NCBI GenBank assembly: GCA_964482735.1 | Contig: CAYZYV010000003.1 | Coordinates: forward strand, 63,097 to 127,096 | Source: an uncultured Candidatus Saccharibacteria bacterium | GTDB taxonomy: Bacteria; Patescibacteriota; Minisyncoccia; Phycocordibacterales; UBA9973 | Length of the DNA: 64,000 bases | Direction: 5' to 3' | Shown here: piece by piece, positions 9,026 to 18,301 of the stretch | How positions within the stretch are numbered: the stretch's first letter is position 1 | How the letters are laid out: the number at the start of each line of letters is the position of its first letter | Notes under the pieces: model-generated | The model's database searches: none | Told to the model about the DNA's origin: nothing | What the model saw: the letters and a program-made list of their open reading frames with translations, nothing else | Translations under genes and position numbers: made by a program

Positions 9026-10651
9026 TTATTTTAAGTATTCAGTAAGGGTTAATCCTGATTCTTTTATTTTTTTAGCTAAATCTTGTCCTACGTAGCGATA
9101 GTGCCAAGGCTCATATTTATATCCTGTTATACTTTCTTTTTCATAGGGGTAACTTAATATAAAGCCATATCTGTAAGCATTGTCTCTTAGCCACAACTCT
9201 TCTTTTGTGTTATCAAACAATATCGTTGCTGAAGCATAATTGATAGATTCTCCAGAGAGATCAACGGTTGTTCCTAATTGGTGTTCAGAGTACCCAGGTT
9301 TAGCAACTGATATCAGTGGATTTTTTAAATCCGAAAGTGCATTATTAAAGATATTTTTTTGATAAGCATAATCTCGAAAAGCAGAAGTTGCTTTGATTTT
9401 TAGATTTTCACTAGACGCATTGTCAATCATTAGATTTAGATATTTTTTTGCTTCTTGTGTTAGACAGGTATTTTTATTGGTAGATAAAATACCAAGTTCT
9501 ACTAAATCCTTTGGAATATAGCTTTTGTCCGGTAATCCAGTTTCCTGACCAATGTTTAGAAACGACATATCGTTGTATTCTTTGCTAGGTTTAGGACATT
9601 TTGAATTCGAAGCTTCCTCCATCTTTGCAAGCTCGTCTTCTTCAAAGAGTCCTGTTATTTGGTATTTTTTATTCTGAACACTAATTAAGTGTTTAATTTC
9701 TTTTATTTCTTTGCCTTCAAAAGTAGCCATCACGACCATTCCTCTCATTGTTTCTTTTGAAAAATATTGATCAAAAATAAAGTTACCTAAAGAATAAAAT
9801 ATTGGTTTATTTTTATAATACTCTACATCTTCTATCACATGAGGATGATGTCCGATTACCATGTCCGCCCCATAGTCTATGGCAAGATGGGCAACTTTTT
9901 CTTGTCTTTTGTTGTGAATTTTTTCATATTCTTCACCAAAGTGAATTGAAACGATTAAAACGTCAACCGATTCTTTGGCTTTAGCAATGATGCTAGAAAA
10001 ATTAGGATCATCTACTAGAAGTATTCCACTTTTATTTTTGCCCGCTTCCATCCATTTAGGACCCACATCTGAAAATCCAAGAAAACCAAAATTAACCCCA
10101 TTTTTGTTTATGATAACGGGTTTTTCTGCTTCTTCTCTAGTAGATCCGGCTCCTACAAAAGCTAAGTCATTCTCCTTTAGTCTTAGAAGCGTGTCGTTAA
10201 AAGCTTTGACATTCCAATCACCAACGTGGTTATTGGCAAATGATAATACTTTAAAACCAAAGTCTTTGATAGCGGGTAAGACCTCGGGATTCATTCGAAA
10301 AGAATATTTACTGCCAACATTGTTACCAACAGTAGATACTGGGCCTTCTAAATTTCCAAAGAGGATATCTGCTTCTTTTAATTGTGAGGCATTTTTGAAT
10401 AGCTCAGAAAAGTTTCCGTTAAAGTTTTTTTCGACAGAGCTTTGAACACCTCGGGTGAGCATGATATCTCCAACAAAATAAATTTTTGTGTGAGGGATAG
10501 CTTCGGTGATGGGGGTTTTTATATCCAATGACTCTACATTATTTGTATCACCACCTTTATTTTTGATAGGGAATAAGACAACAACTAAAAGAGAAATAAC
10601 CAAGGCTACTAAAGAAAAAATTATTTGAATTTTTGATCCTTTGTTTTCCAT
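9026..10651 (-). CDS. Membrane-anchored fusion of a PGA_cap/CapA-family metallophosphatase-like domain and a VanY/LdcB-type (M15B) D-Ala-D-Ala carboxypeptidase
   Basis: N-terminal TM helix; YFVGDIMLTRGV...GNLEGP...ANNHVGDW (CapA/PGA_cap). C-terminal SEHQLGTTVDL and EPWHYRYVG (VanY zinc ligands). Confidence 0.7.
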   Translation of the reverse strand: MENKGSKIQIIFSLVALVISLLVVVLFPIKNKGGDTNNVESLDIKTPITEAIPHTKIYFVGDIMLTRGVQSSVEKNFNGNFSELFKNASQLKEADILFGNLEGPVSTVGNNVGSKYSFRMNPEVLPAIKDFGFKVLSFANNHVGDWNVKAFNDTLLRLKENDLAFVGAGSTREEAEKPVIINKNGVNFGFLGFSDVGPKWMEAGKNKSGILLVDDPNFSSIIAKAKESVDVLIVSIHFGEEYEKIHNKRQEKVAHLAIDYGADMVIGHHPHVIEDVEYYKNKPIFYSLGNFIFDQYFSKETMRGMVVMATFEGKEIKEIKHLISVQNKKYQITGLFEEDELAKMEEASNSKCPKPSKEYNDMSFLNIGQETGLPDKSYIPKDLVELGILSTNKNTCLTQEAKKYLNLMIDNASSENLKIKATSAFRDYAYQKNIFNNALSDLKNPLISVAKPGYSEHQLGTTVDLSGESINYASATILFDNTKEELWLRDNAYRYGFILSYPYEKESITGYKYEPWHYRYVGQDLAKKIKESGLTLTEYLK

Positions 10652-10652
10652 T

Positions 10653-12611
10653 TTAAACTAACTGATAATCTATAGTTTTTCTGTTTTGATCAGTATTTTT
10701 TACTGAGAATTTAATCTTGTCTCCAAGTGTGTATTTTCTATGAGTTCTTTTGCCTATTATACTCATTCCTTTTTTATCGAACACGAAAAAATCAGCTCCC
10801 AATTCTCGAATAGGAATCATGCCTTCGCATCTCGATTCTTTTTCTTCAACGTACAAACCCCATTCGGTGACTCCAGTAATAGTTCCTTCAAACTTTTGTC
10901 CTATACGGCTAGACATATATTCTACCTGCTTATACTTAATAGAATTTCTTTCAGCTTCTTGGGCTTCTTTTTCACGTGCTGAAGATTGTAAACTAATCTT
11001 TTCATATTCTTGCCACTTTTCTTTTGGAATAGATCTCTTTTCTAAGGCTTCAAGTAACAATCTGTGGACTACGACATCCGGATATCTTCTAATAGGGGAT
11101 GTGAAGTGTGTGTAATGTTTAAAACCGAGACCAAAATGCCCGATGTTTTTTGTAGAGTAAATTGCTTTAGACATCGTACGTATTATGGCCGTGTTGACTG
11201 TATCTTTAATAGGACTATTTTCTAGAAGGCTGGCAAGTCTATTTATTTCTTGGGAAGTAATCAATCCGTCTTTAAGATTTATTTTGTAACCAAGTTTTTT
11301 TAAGAAAGAAACAAGGTCTTGAACTTTTTCTTTATTTGGTAAATCGTGAATTCTGTATAAAAACACGCCTGCCTCTTTTTTCATTTTCTTAGAAATAAAT
11401 TCTGCAACCTCTCGGTTAGCCAAAAGCATTAATTCTTCTATCATCTTATTGGAATCTCCTCTTTCTTTGACGTAGACAGAAATAGGCAAGCCTTTATCAT
11501 CTAAAACGAATCTAACCTCATCTTGTTCTAGCGAAATAGCCCCCTCCTCGAATCTTTTTTTGTGTAATTTCTTAGCAATCTGATTTAAGACAACCAACTC
11601 TTCACTAAATTCTCCATTCTTACTTTTGATTACTTCTTCGGCTTCTTCATACGTAAATCTTTTGTCTGAATGAATAATGGTTTTACCAAACCATCTTTTA
11701 ATTACAATTCCATTTTTATCCATTTCAAATAGGGCAGAGAAGGCCAATCTGTCTTCTCCTGGTTTCAAACTACAAATATCGTTTGATAATTCTTCTGGAA
11801 GCATTGGTATGGTTCTATCTACTAAGTAAACAGAGGTTCCTCTTTCTCTAGCTTCTTTATCAAGTACTCCTCCTTTTGTAACAAAATGAGAAACATCTGC
11901 GATGTGAACTCCAATTTCAAAATGACCATTTGGAAGTTTGCTAAAAGAAATAGCATCATCGAAATCTTTTGCATCTACTGGGTCTATTGTGACGGTTGTA
12001 ACACTTCTTAAATCTTTTCTCTTGCTAAGTTCCTTTTCGTTAATTTCTATTTTTGCGACTTTCTTAGCCTCATTAGAAACTATATCTGGAAAGTTATTAT
12101 CAAAACCTTTTTCTAGTGCAATAGCTTGCATCTCAGCTTCATTTTCAAAAGGTTTACCTAGCACCTTTTTAATTTCCCCAACAGGTGGTCGTTCACTATT
12201 TTTCCAATTAGTAATAACTCCAAACACTTTCTGTCCAACGGTAGCCCCGTTTAGCTTATCCTTAGGAATAACTATGTCGACGTAAGTTTTTGTGTCGCTT
12301 GGATTAAGGTAGAAAATCCCATTTTCTTCTTCGAGTATACCGGCATGACCCTTTTTTGCTCTTGATACAATTTCTATAACTTCACCGCTTTGATTTGATT
12401 CAGGTTTTTTAGGGTGCAACAAAACCATTACAGTATCACCATTTAGGGCTGTTCCTAAAAATTCTCTAGCTATCTCTATAATTTCATCAGATTCAGGTAT
12501 TCTGATTATCCCTTCTTTTTTATGAGTTATTATAATGTTACCAAGAAGGGTATTTTTACTGTCTTTTTTTTCTTGTTTTTTCACTTTATGAGTATAACAT
12601 ACAACTTGCAA
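10653..12611 (-). CDS. rnr: Ribonuclease R / RNase II family exoribonuclease
   Basis: RNB catalytic motif TIDPVDAKDFDDAISF, N-terminal cold-shock-like region, C-terminal S1 domain. Exact start is uncertain; the 5' end abuts the divergent rpsP start. Confidence 0.85.
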   Translation of the reverse strand: MQVVCYTHKVKKQEKKDSKNTLLGNIIITHKKEGIIRIPESDEIIEIAREFLGTALNGDTVMVLLHPKKPESNQSGEVIEIVSRAKKGHAGILEEENGIFYLNPSDTKTYVDIVIPKDKLNGATVGQKVFGVITNWKNSERPPVGEIKKVLGKPFENEAEMQAIALEKGFDNNFPDIVSNEAKKVAKIEINEKELSKRKDLRSVTTVTIDPVDAKDFDDAISFSKLPNGHFEIGVHIADVSHFVTKGGVLDKEARERGTSVYLVDRTIPMLPEELSNDICSLKPGEDRLAFSALFEMDKNGIVIKRWFGKTIIHSDKRFTYEEAEEVIKSKNGEFSEELVVLNQIAKKLHKKRFEEGAISLEQDEVRFVLDDKGLPISVYVKERGDSNKMIEELMLLANREVAEFISKKMKKEAGVFLYRIHDLPNKEKVQDLVSFLKKLGYKINLKDGLITSQEINRLASLLENSPIKDTVNTAIIRTMSKAIYSTKNIGHFGLGFKHYTHFTSPIRRYPDVVVHRLLLEALEKRSIPKEKWQEYEKISLQSSAREKEAQEAERNSIKYKQVEYMSSRIGQKFEGTITGVTEWGLYVEEKESRCEGMIPIRELGADFFVFDKKGMSIIGKRTHRKYTLGDKIKFSVKNTDQNRKTIDYQLV

Positions 12612-12644
12612 TATGTAACTTGGTGTGATAATATGATTTCACAT

Positions 12645-12950
12645 ATGTTAAAGATAAGACTACAAAGAACTGGTCGCAAAAATAATGCCGCTTTTCGGGT
12701 GGTTTTGACTGATTCTAAGAATTCTGCTAAAAGTGGAAAATTTAAAGAGATTTTAGGATCTTATGATTTAAAGAAAGGGGAAGTGATATTTAAACAAGAT
12801 AGAATTTCCTACTGGATGTCAAACGGAGCACAAGTTTCAGATACCGTTCATAATTTCTTGGTTAAAGAAAAGATGATAGAAGGTAAAAAGAAAAACGTTT
12901 TACCTAAGAAAGCTCCAACCAAACCCCGCAAAGAATTGAAAAAGGCTTAA
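12645..12950 (+). CDS. rpsP: 30S ribosomal protein S16
   Basis: MLKIRLQRTGRKNNAAFRVVLTDS... matches S16. Start chosen at MLKIRL (alternative ATG at 12633). A TTGCAA...TGATAAT promoter lies immediately upstream (leaderless). Confidence 0.85.
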   Translation: MLKIRLQRTGRKNNAAFRVVLTDSKNSAKSGKFKEILGSYDLKKGEVIFKQDRISYWMSNGAQVSDTVHNFLVKEKMIEGKKKNVLPKKAPTKPRKELKKA

Positions 12951-12961
12951 TTTTCGAACTT

Positions 12962-12988
12962 AAAAGACCCGTATAGTACGGGTCTTTT
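12962..12988 (+). terminator. Intrinsic terminator after rpsP
   Basis: aaaagacccgtatagtacgggtctttt: 7-bp GC-containing stem plus a T-run. Confidence 0.6.
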
Positions 12989-13085
12989 AAGTTGCAACTG
13001 GTTGTCTTAATATGATATAATATACAATAGAGCAGTTTGTAGTCGTACGCTGCGAAAGATTAAGAATAATACTTATTAAGAATAT

Positions 13086-13412
13086 ATGGCAGACGATAAA
13101 GCATTTTTAGAATACATCGTGAAATCATTGGTTGATAATCCAGAGGATGTAAAAATTGACCGAGTGGTAGACGAAATGGGTGTGCTTATAACTATGACAG
13201 TCAATAAGAACGACATGGGAAAGATTATTGGTCGTCAAGGAAATACAGCAAAAGCTATCAGAACTCTACTTCGAGTTATTGGAATGAAAAACAATGCTCG
13301 CGTAAATCTAAAGATTAACGAACCAGAAGGAAGCGAAAAGGAATCTCCTGTAACTCAGAGCGAATCTTCAAAGTCAGTAGAGGATGCTCTAGAAGACCTA
13401 AAAGGAATCTAA
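13086..13412 (+). CDS. KH-domain RNA-binding protein (YlqC/UPF0109-like)
   Basis: KIIGRQGNTAKAIRTLL KH motif. Conserved rpsP-KH-trmD synteny. A TTGCAA-N18-TATAAT promoter lies upstream at ~12994-13024. Confidence 0.75.
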   Translation: MADDKAFLEYIVKSLVDNPEDVKIDRVVDEMGVLITMTVNKNDMGKIIGRQGNTAKAIRTLLRVIGMKNNARVNLKINEPEGSEKESPVTQSESSKSVEDALEDLKGI

Positions 13413-13477
13413 ATAATAAAAATTAAAAGTCCTCCGTTATGGAGGACTTTTAATTTTGTGATAAAATGAAAGGGTAT

Positions 13478-14182
13478 ATGAAATATCACATAATTACATT
13501 ATTTCCGGAGATGTTTGACTCATATTTAAATGAGTCTATTTTGGGGCGGGCGATTAAAAATAAAAAAATATCTGTTTCGTTTACTAACCCCCGAAAATTT
13601 GTTAGTGGAAAATATAAAAAAGTTTGGCCAGATGGAAATGTTTCTTTGCAAATAGATGAAAGGCCCTACGGTGGTGGTCCAGGAATGGTCATGATGGCTG
13701 AACCAGTTATCAAGGCGGTTTTATCTATTACGAAAAAGATTTCTAAGGATAAAAAAACAAGAAAAGTTTTGATAATTAATTTCATGCCAAACGCAAAAAA
13801 GTTTGATACCAAGAAGGCTAAGGGAATATCCAAAAAATACACAGATATAATAATGATTTGTGGACGGTACGAAGGTATTGATTCTAGAGTTAATAAGGTA
13901 ATCAAAAAAGAAGGTTATAAAATAGAAAACATTTCAGTGGGGGACTATGTTTTGACAGGTGGAGAAATTCCAGCAATGATATTGGTAGATTCTATTTCAA
14001 GGCAGATAGAAGGAGTTCTCGGTAATTTTAATTCACGAGAGGAAGAGAGGGTTTCATCTAGTGAAATATATACACGACCGGAAGTTTTAGCTTTTAATGG
14101 AAAAAAATATAAAGTTCCAAAAGTTTTACTTTCCGGTAATCACAAAAATATAGATAGTTGGAAAAGCAAAAATAAAAAATAG
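13478..14182 (+). CDS. trmD: tRNA (guanine37-N1)-methyltransferase
   Basis: MKYHIITLFPEMFDSYL...GRYEGIDSRV (TrmD/SPOUT). Start at the second Met, preceded by gaaaggg. Confidence 0.85.
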   Translation: MKYHIITLFPEMFDSYLNESILGRAIKNKKISVSFTNPRKFVSGKYKKVWPDGNVSLQIDERPYGGGPGMVMMAEPVIKAVLSITKKISKDKKTRKVLIINFMPNAKKFDTKKAKGISKKYTDIIMICGRYEGIDSRVNKVIKKEGYKIENISVGDYVLTGGEIPAMILVDSISRQIEGVLGNFNSREEERVSSSEIYTRPEVLAFNGKKYKVPKVLLSGNHKNIDSWKSKNKK

Positions 14183-14205
14183 CTAAACCGTGTTAAAATA
14201 AAAAA

Positions 14206-14811
14206 GTGAAAAAAGAATTTCTAAAATCTAATAAAGCATTTACCCAGATAGTAGATTTTGATGAAGTTTCGATTACATCGAAACGTTCTAAAGAACCATC
14301 ATCAAAATTCACTACGGGGTTCACCCTAATTGAACTTCTGGTTGTTATTGCTATTATTGGAATACTTTCTTCGGTAGTTATAGCTTCGTTGGGAAGTGCT
14401 AGAGATAAAGGAAATGACACTAAAAGAAAAGCTGATTTACATCAAATACAAAATGCCCTTGAGTTATATTATAGCGAGTGTGGAACTTTTTTGGTTGCTC
14501 CAAGTTGTAATGGAACACCCTATGGTGGAGATTGGAGTGGAATTTTTGGTGGTTGGTTTAATGTTAATTATGGGACTGGAGCGGTATCTCAAGGATTAAT
14601 CACTTTAGGTTTGGTTGGTGGTGAAATTAAAGAACCATCCAATGTTGCAAATAAAAGATATATGATATCTTTAAATAAGGATCACTATACAATTTGGGCG
14701 ACACTTTCATCCCCGTCTTCACAAGATTTAAGTACTCTTAATAAATGCTACTTCAGTAATTGGGACAATTATGCAGGGGCCAGCTATCAGAATTATTGCC
14801 TTAGTAACTAA
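14206..14811 (+). CDS. Type IV pilin-like protein (prepilin motif G|FTLIELLVVIAIIGIL) with a long N-terminal leader
   Basis: KFTTGFTLIELLVVIAIIGILSSVVIAS. ~38-aa region precedes the cleavage-site Gly. Confidence 0.7.
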   Translation: MKKEFLKSNKAFTQIVDFDEVSITSKRSKEPSSKFTTGFTLIELLVVIAIIGILSSVVIASLGSARDKGNDTKRKADLHQIQNALELYYSECGTFLVAPSCNGTPYGGDWSGIFGGWFNVNYGTGAVSQGLITLGLVGGEIKEPSNVANKRYMISLNKDHYTIWATLSSPSSQDLSTLNKCYFSNWDNYAGASYQNYCLSN

Positions 14812-14916
14812 AGGTTTTTAACAGATTTGCAAACAATATACAGAAGAGATATAATAATTTCGTGGTAGAGTGTAAATAAAACAATAACGCATACTAGGCT
14901 TTTTAGCTGTAAACGC

Positions 14917-14945
14917 TTGACAAGCCATTGTTTTTTGTATATACT
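14917..14945 (+). promoter_or_regulatory. Consensus sigma70 promoter TTGACA-N17-TATACT upstream of rpoB (leader ~150 nt)
   Basis: Hexamers read directly. Confidence 0.4.
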
Positions 14946-15101
14946 CCTTTTTAGATTGAAAAAGATTGAGTTATGGATCAATCCTCATTTATTAGACAAA
15001 ATAGGCTCTTGTGTTAAAAAATAACATTGCCATTAATTATCAATAAGTTAAAGCAATAGGGTTTTGACCGACCTTAGTGTTTTTTTGTTATAAATTTTTA
15101 T

Positions 15102-18100
15102 ATGAAAAAAACTGCGATAAGAGAGAAGAAGTATTTTAGTCGATATAAAAAACCATTGATTCCGTTGCCCAATCTAATAGAAAACCAATTGATGTCTTTT
15201 AATTGGTTAGTTGAACAGGGGCTCAAAGAGGTTTTTAAAGAATTTTCACCTATAAATGATTATTCTGAGAAAAAGTTTCAACTTGATTTTACATCATTTG
15301 TTTTGTCTGAGCCAAAATTTGATGAGGAGTATGCAAAAATAAATAAATTAACTTATGAAGGTAATTTAAAGGCAAGAGTAAAACTTCTTAACAAAACTAT
15401 TGGTACAACAAAAGAGCAAGAAATTTTTATGGCAGACGTTCCAATGATGACTCGTCATGGAACTTTCATAATTAACGGAGTAGAAAGAGTTATCGTTCCA
15501 CAACTAACTCGATCTTTTGGAGTTTTCTTTACAGAATTAGAAATAAAAGCCAAAAGGTTATTTGGAGCAAAAATAATTCCTGCACGAGGAGTTTGGATTG
15601 AAATAGAATCAGATAACGATGGAGCAATCTATGTGAGAGTTGATAAAAAGAGAAAATTCTCAGTCGCTTCTCTTTTGAGAGTTTTGGGACTTGAAAAAGA
15701 CGAAGATATCTTAAAGGCTTTTGAAGGCAATGAAGAGGCAGTTAAGACAATAAAAATTTCTATTGAAAAAGATCCAGCAAAATCAGCGCTCGAATCTTAT
15801 ATTGAAATATATAAGAGACTAAGAGATGGAGATTTAGCTACACCAGAAAATGCTAGAGATTTCATTACATCATTATTCTCACCAGAAAGATACGACATTT
15901 CTCCGGTTGGAAGATTTAGATTTAATAAGCGTTTCGGTATGGGGATGACAGACAAAGAATTGGAATTAAGAACGATAACTAACGCAGACATCGTGGCTAT
16001 GATTAAGAATATAGTTCTATTGAACGGAGATCCAAATGCAAAAGCTGATGATATTGACCACTTGGGACAAAGAAGAGTTCGTTTCGTAGGTGAAATGCTT
16101 CAGCAAAAGTTTAGAGTTGGTATGACTCAAATCAAGAGAAACATTCAAGACAAAATGTCTGTTATAGATGTTGGTACAACAATGCCTATCCAGGTTATCA
16201 ACCAAAGACCATTACAGGCTAGAGTGAAAGAATTTTTTACTGCAAACCAGCTTTCACAATTCATGAACCAAGAAAACGTGGTTGCAGAAGTAGAACACTT
16301 GAGAACTTTATCCGCACTTGGTCCTGGAGGTTTAACAAGAGAAAGAGCTGGCTTGGAAGTTCGAGACGTGCACACTTCTCACTATGGTAGAGTTTGTCCT
16401 ATTCACACACCTGAAGGTCCAAACATTGGATTGATAGTTCACTTGGCTACTTATGCGAGAATCAATGAATTTGGAATAATAGAAACTCCATATGTTAAAG
16501 TAAAGAATGGAAAAATTACAAACGAAGTTGTTTACCTAAATGCTCTAGAAGAAGAAAAGAGTAACATTGCTCATGCCGGAGTAGCTTATGATGACAATGG
16601 AAATATAATCAAAGATAAGGTAGAAGCTAGAATAAAAACAAAACCAGGTATTATTCCTAGAGAAGAAGTTGAATATATAGATGTAGCTACAACTCAAGCT
16701 TTCTCATTGGCGACTTCGATGATTCCTTTCTTGGAACATAACGATGCACACAGAGCACTCATGGGAAGTAACATGCAGAAACAAGCATTACCTTGTGTAA
16801 ACCCAGAAGCCCCATTAGTTGCCACAGGAATAGAAGAAAGAGTCAGTCGTGATTCAGGAAGATTAATAATCTCAGAAGTGAACGGAGAGGTTGTTTTTGT
16901 GGATGCAAAAAAGATAACAGTTAAAGATGATAAAGGAAAAGATCATAATTATCCGTTAGTTATTTTCTCAAGAACAAACAATTTCTCAGTATTTCACCAA
17001 AGACCATCTGTTTCATTGGGGGATAAGGTTAAAAAGGGAGACGTGCTTGCAGATACAAGTACTACTGTTGGAGGGCAAACAGCTTTGGGGCAAAATGTTC
17101 TTGTTGGATTTATGTCTTGGGCAGGTGCTAACTATGAGGACGCCATAATTCTTTCAGAAAGATTGGTTAAAGATAGTAAATTTACAAGTATATATGTCAC
17201 AGAATTCGTATGTAATGTTCGTGATACAAAACTTGGACCAGAAATAACTACTAGAGATATTCCAAACGTTGGAGAAAATAAATTAAAAGATTTGGATGAA
17301 GACGGAATAATTGTTGTCGGAGCAGAAGTTAAAGAAAACGATATCTTGGTTGGTAAGATTACACCAAAAGGGGAAACAGAACTTACTCCAGAAGAAAGAT
17401 TGTTGAGATCTATTTTCACCGAAAAAGCTCGAGACGTTAAAGATACTTCTCTTAGACTAGAACATGGTAAAAGAGGAAGAGTTATAGGAGTAAAGATATT
17501 CTCTAGAGATCAAGGTCACAACCTAGAATCAGGAATAATAAAGAGGATCGTTGTTGAAATTGCTCAATTAAGAAATATCTCAGTTGGAGACAAACTATCA
17601 GGACGCCACGGTAACAAAGGTGTTATCTCTTTGATATTGCCAGAAGAAGATATGCCTTACATGGCAGATGGTACACCACTGGATGTTATCTTGACACCAC
17701 TTGGAGTTCCTTCACGTATGAACCTAGGACAGATTTTGGAAATGCACTTGGGATATGCAGCTAACACTCTAGGATACCAAGCTATCGTTCCTCCATTCAC
17801 TTCCGCAACAGTTCCAGAAATTAAAGAAGAATTAGTAAAAGCAGGATTACCAGAAAGTGGAAAAGTAACATTATTTGATGGAAGAACAGGAGATGCTTTT
17901 GACCAAGACATTGCAATTGGTTATATGTACCTATTGAAACTTCACCACATGGTTGAAGATAAATTACACATGCGTTCTATCGGACCATACTCTTTGATTA
18001 CTCAACAACCACTAGGAGGAAAAGCACAAGGCGGAGGACAGAGATTCGGAGAAATGGAGGTCTGGGCACTCGAAGGACATGGAGCTGCTTATACACTAAG

Positions 18101-18281
18101 AGAAATGTTAACTATTAAGTCTGATGATATTATGGGTCGTTCACAGGCTTTTGACTCAATAATTAAAGGAAATCCTATTGGTGAGCCAAACATCCCAGCA
18201 TCCTTTAATGTTTTGTTAAATTATTTGAGAGGTTTAGCATTAGATGTAGAGCTTAAGAAATCTACGGAAAATAAAGATTAA
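15102..18281 (+). CDS. rpoB: DNA-directed RNA polymerase subunit beta (compact, 1059 aa)
   Basis: Full-length collinear match to the RpoB core, e.g. GRHGNKGV, GGQRFGEMEVWALE, the rifampicin-region motifs. Confidence 0.95.
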   Translation: MKKTAIREKKYFSRYKKPLIPLPNLIENQLMSFNWLVEQGLKEVFKEFSPINDYSEKKFQLDFTSFVLSEPKFDEEYAKINKLTYEGNLKARVKLLNKTIGTTKEQEIFMADVPMMTRHGTFIINGVERVIVPQLTRSFGVFFTELEIKAKRLFGAKIIPARGVWIEIESDNDGAIYVRVDKKRKFSVASLLRVLGLEKDEDILKAFEGNEEAVKTIKISIEKDPAKSALESYIEIYKRLRDGDLATPENARDFITSLFSPERYDISPVGRFRFNKRFGMGMTDKELELRTITNADIVAMIKNIVLLNGDPNAKADDIDHLGQRRVRFVGEMLQQKFRVGMTQIKRNIQDKMSVIDVGTTMPIQVINQRPLQARVKEFFTANQLSQFMNQENVVAEVEHLRTLSALGPGGLTRERAGLEVRDVHTSHYGRVCPIHTPEGPNIGLIVHLATYARINEFGIIETPYVKVKNGKITNEVVYLNALEEEKSNIAHAGVAYDDNGNIIKDKVEARIKTKPGIIPREEVEYIDVATTQAFSLATSMIPFLEHNDAHRALMGSNMQKQALPCVNPEAPLVATGIEERVSRDSGRLIISEVNGEVVFVDAKKITVKDDKGKDHNYPLVIFSRTNNFSVFHQRPSVSLGDKVKKGDVLADTSTTVGGQTALGQNVLVGFMSWAGANYEDAIILSERLVKDSKFTSIYVTEFVCNVRDTKLGPEITTRDIPNVGENKLKDLDEDGIIVVGAEVKENDILVGKITPKGETELTPEERLLRSIFTEKARDVKDTSLRLEHGKRGRVIGVKIFSRDQGHNLESGIIKRIVVEIAQLRNISVGDKLSGRHGNKGVISLILPEEDMPYMADGTPLDVILTPLGVPSRMNLGQILEMHLGYAANTLGYQAIVPPFTSATVPEIKEELVKAGLPESGKVTLFDGRTGDAFDQDIAIGYMYLLKLHHMVEDKLHMRSIGPYSLITQQPLGGKAQGGGQRFGEMEVWALEGHGAAYTLREMLTIKSDDIMGRSQAFDSIIKGNPIGEPNIPASFNVLLNYLRGLALDVELKKSTENKD

Positions 18282-18301
18282 TAATTTATTTATTTAAAAT
18301 T

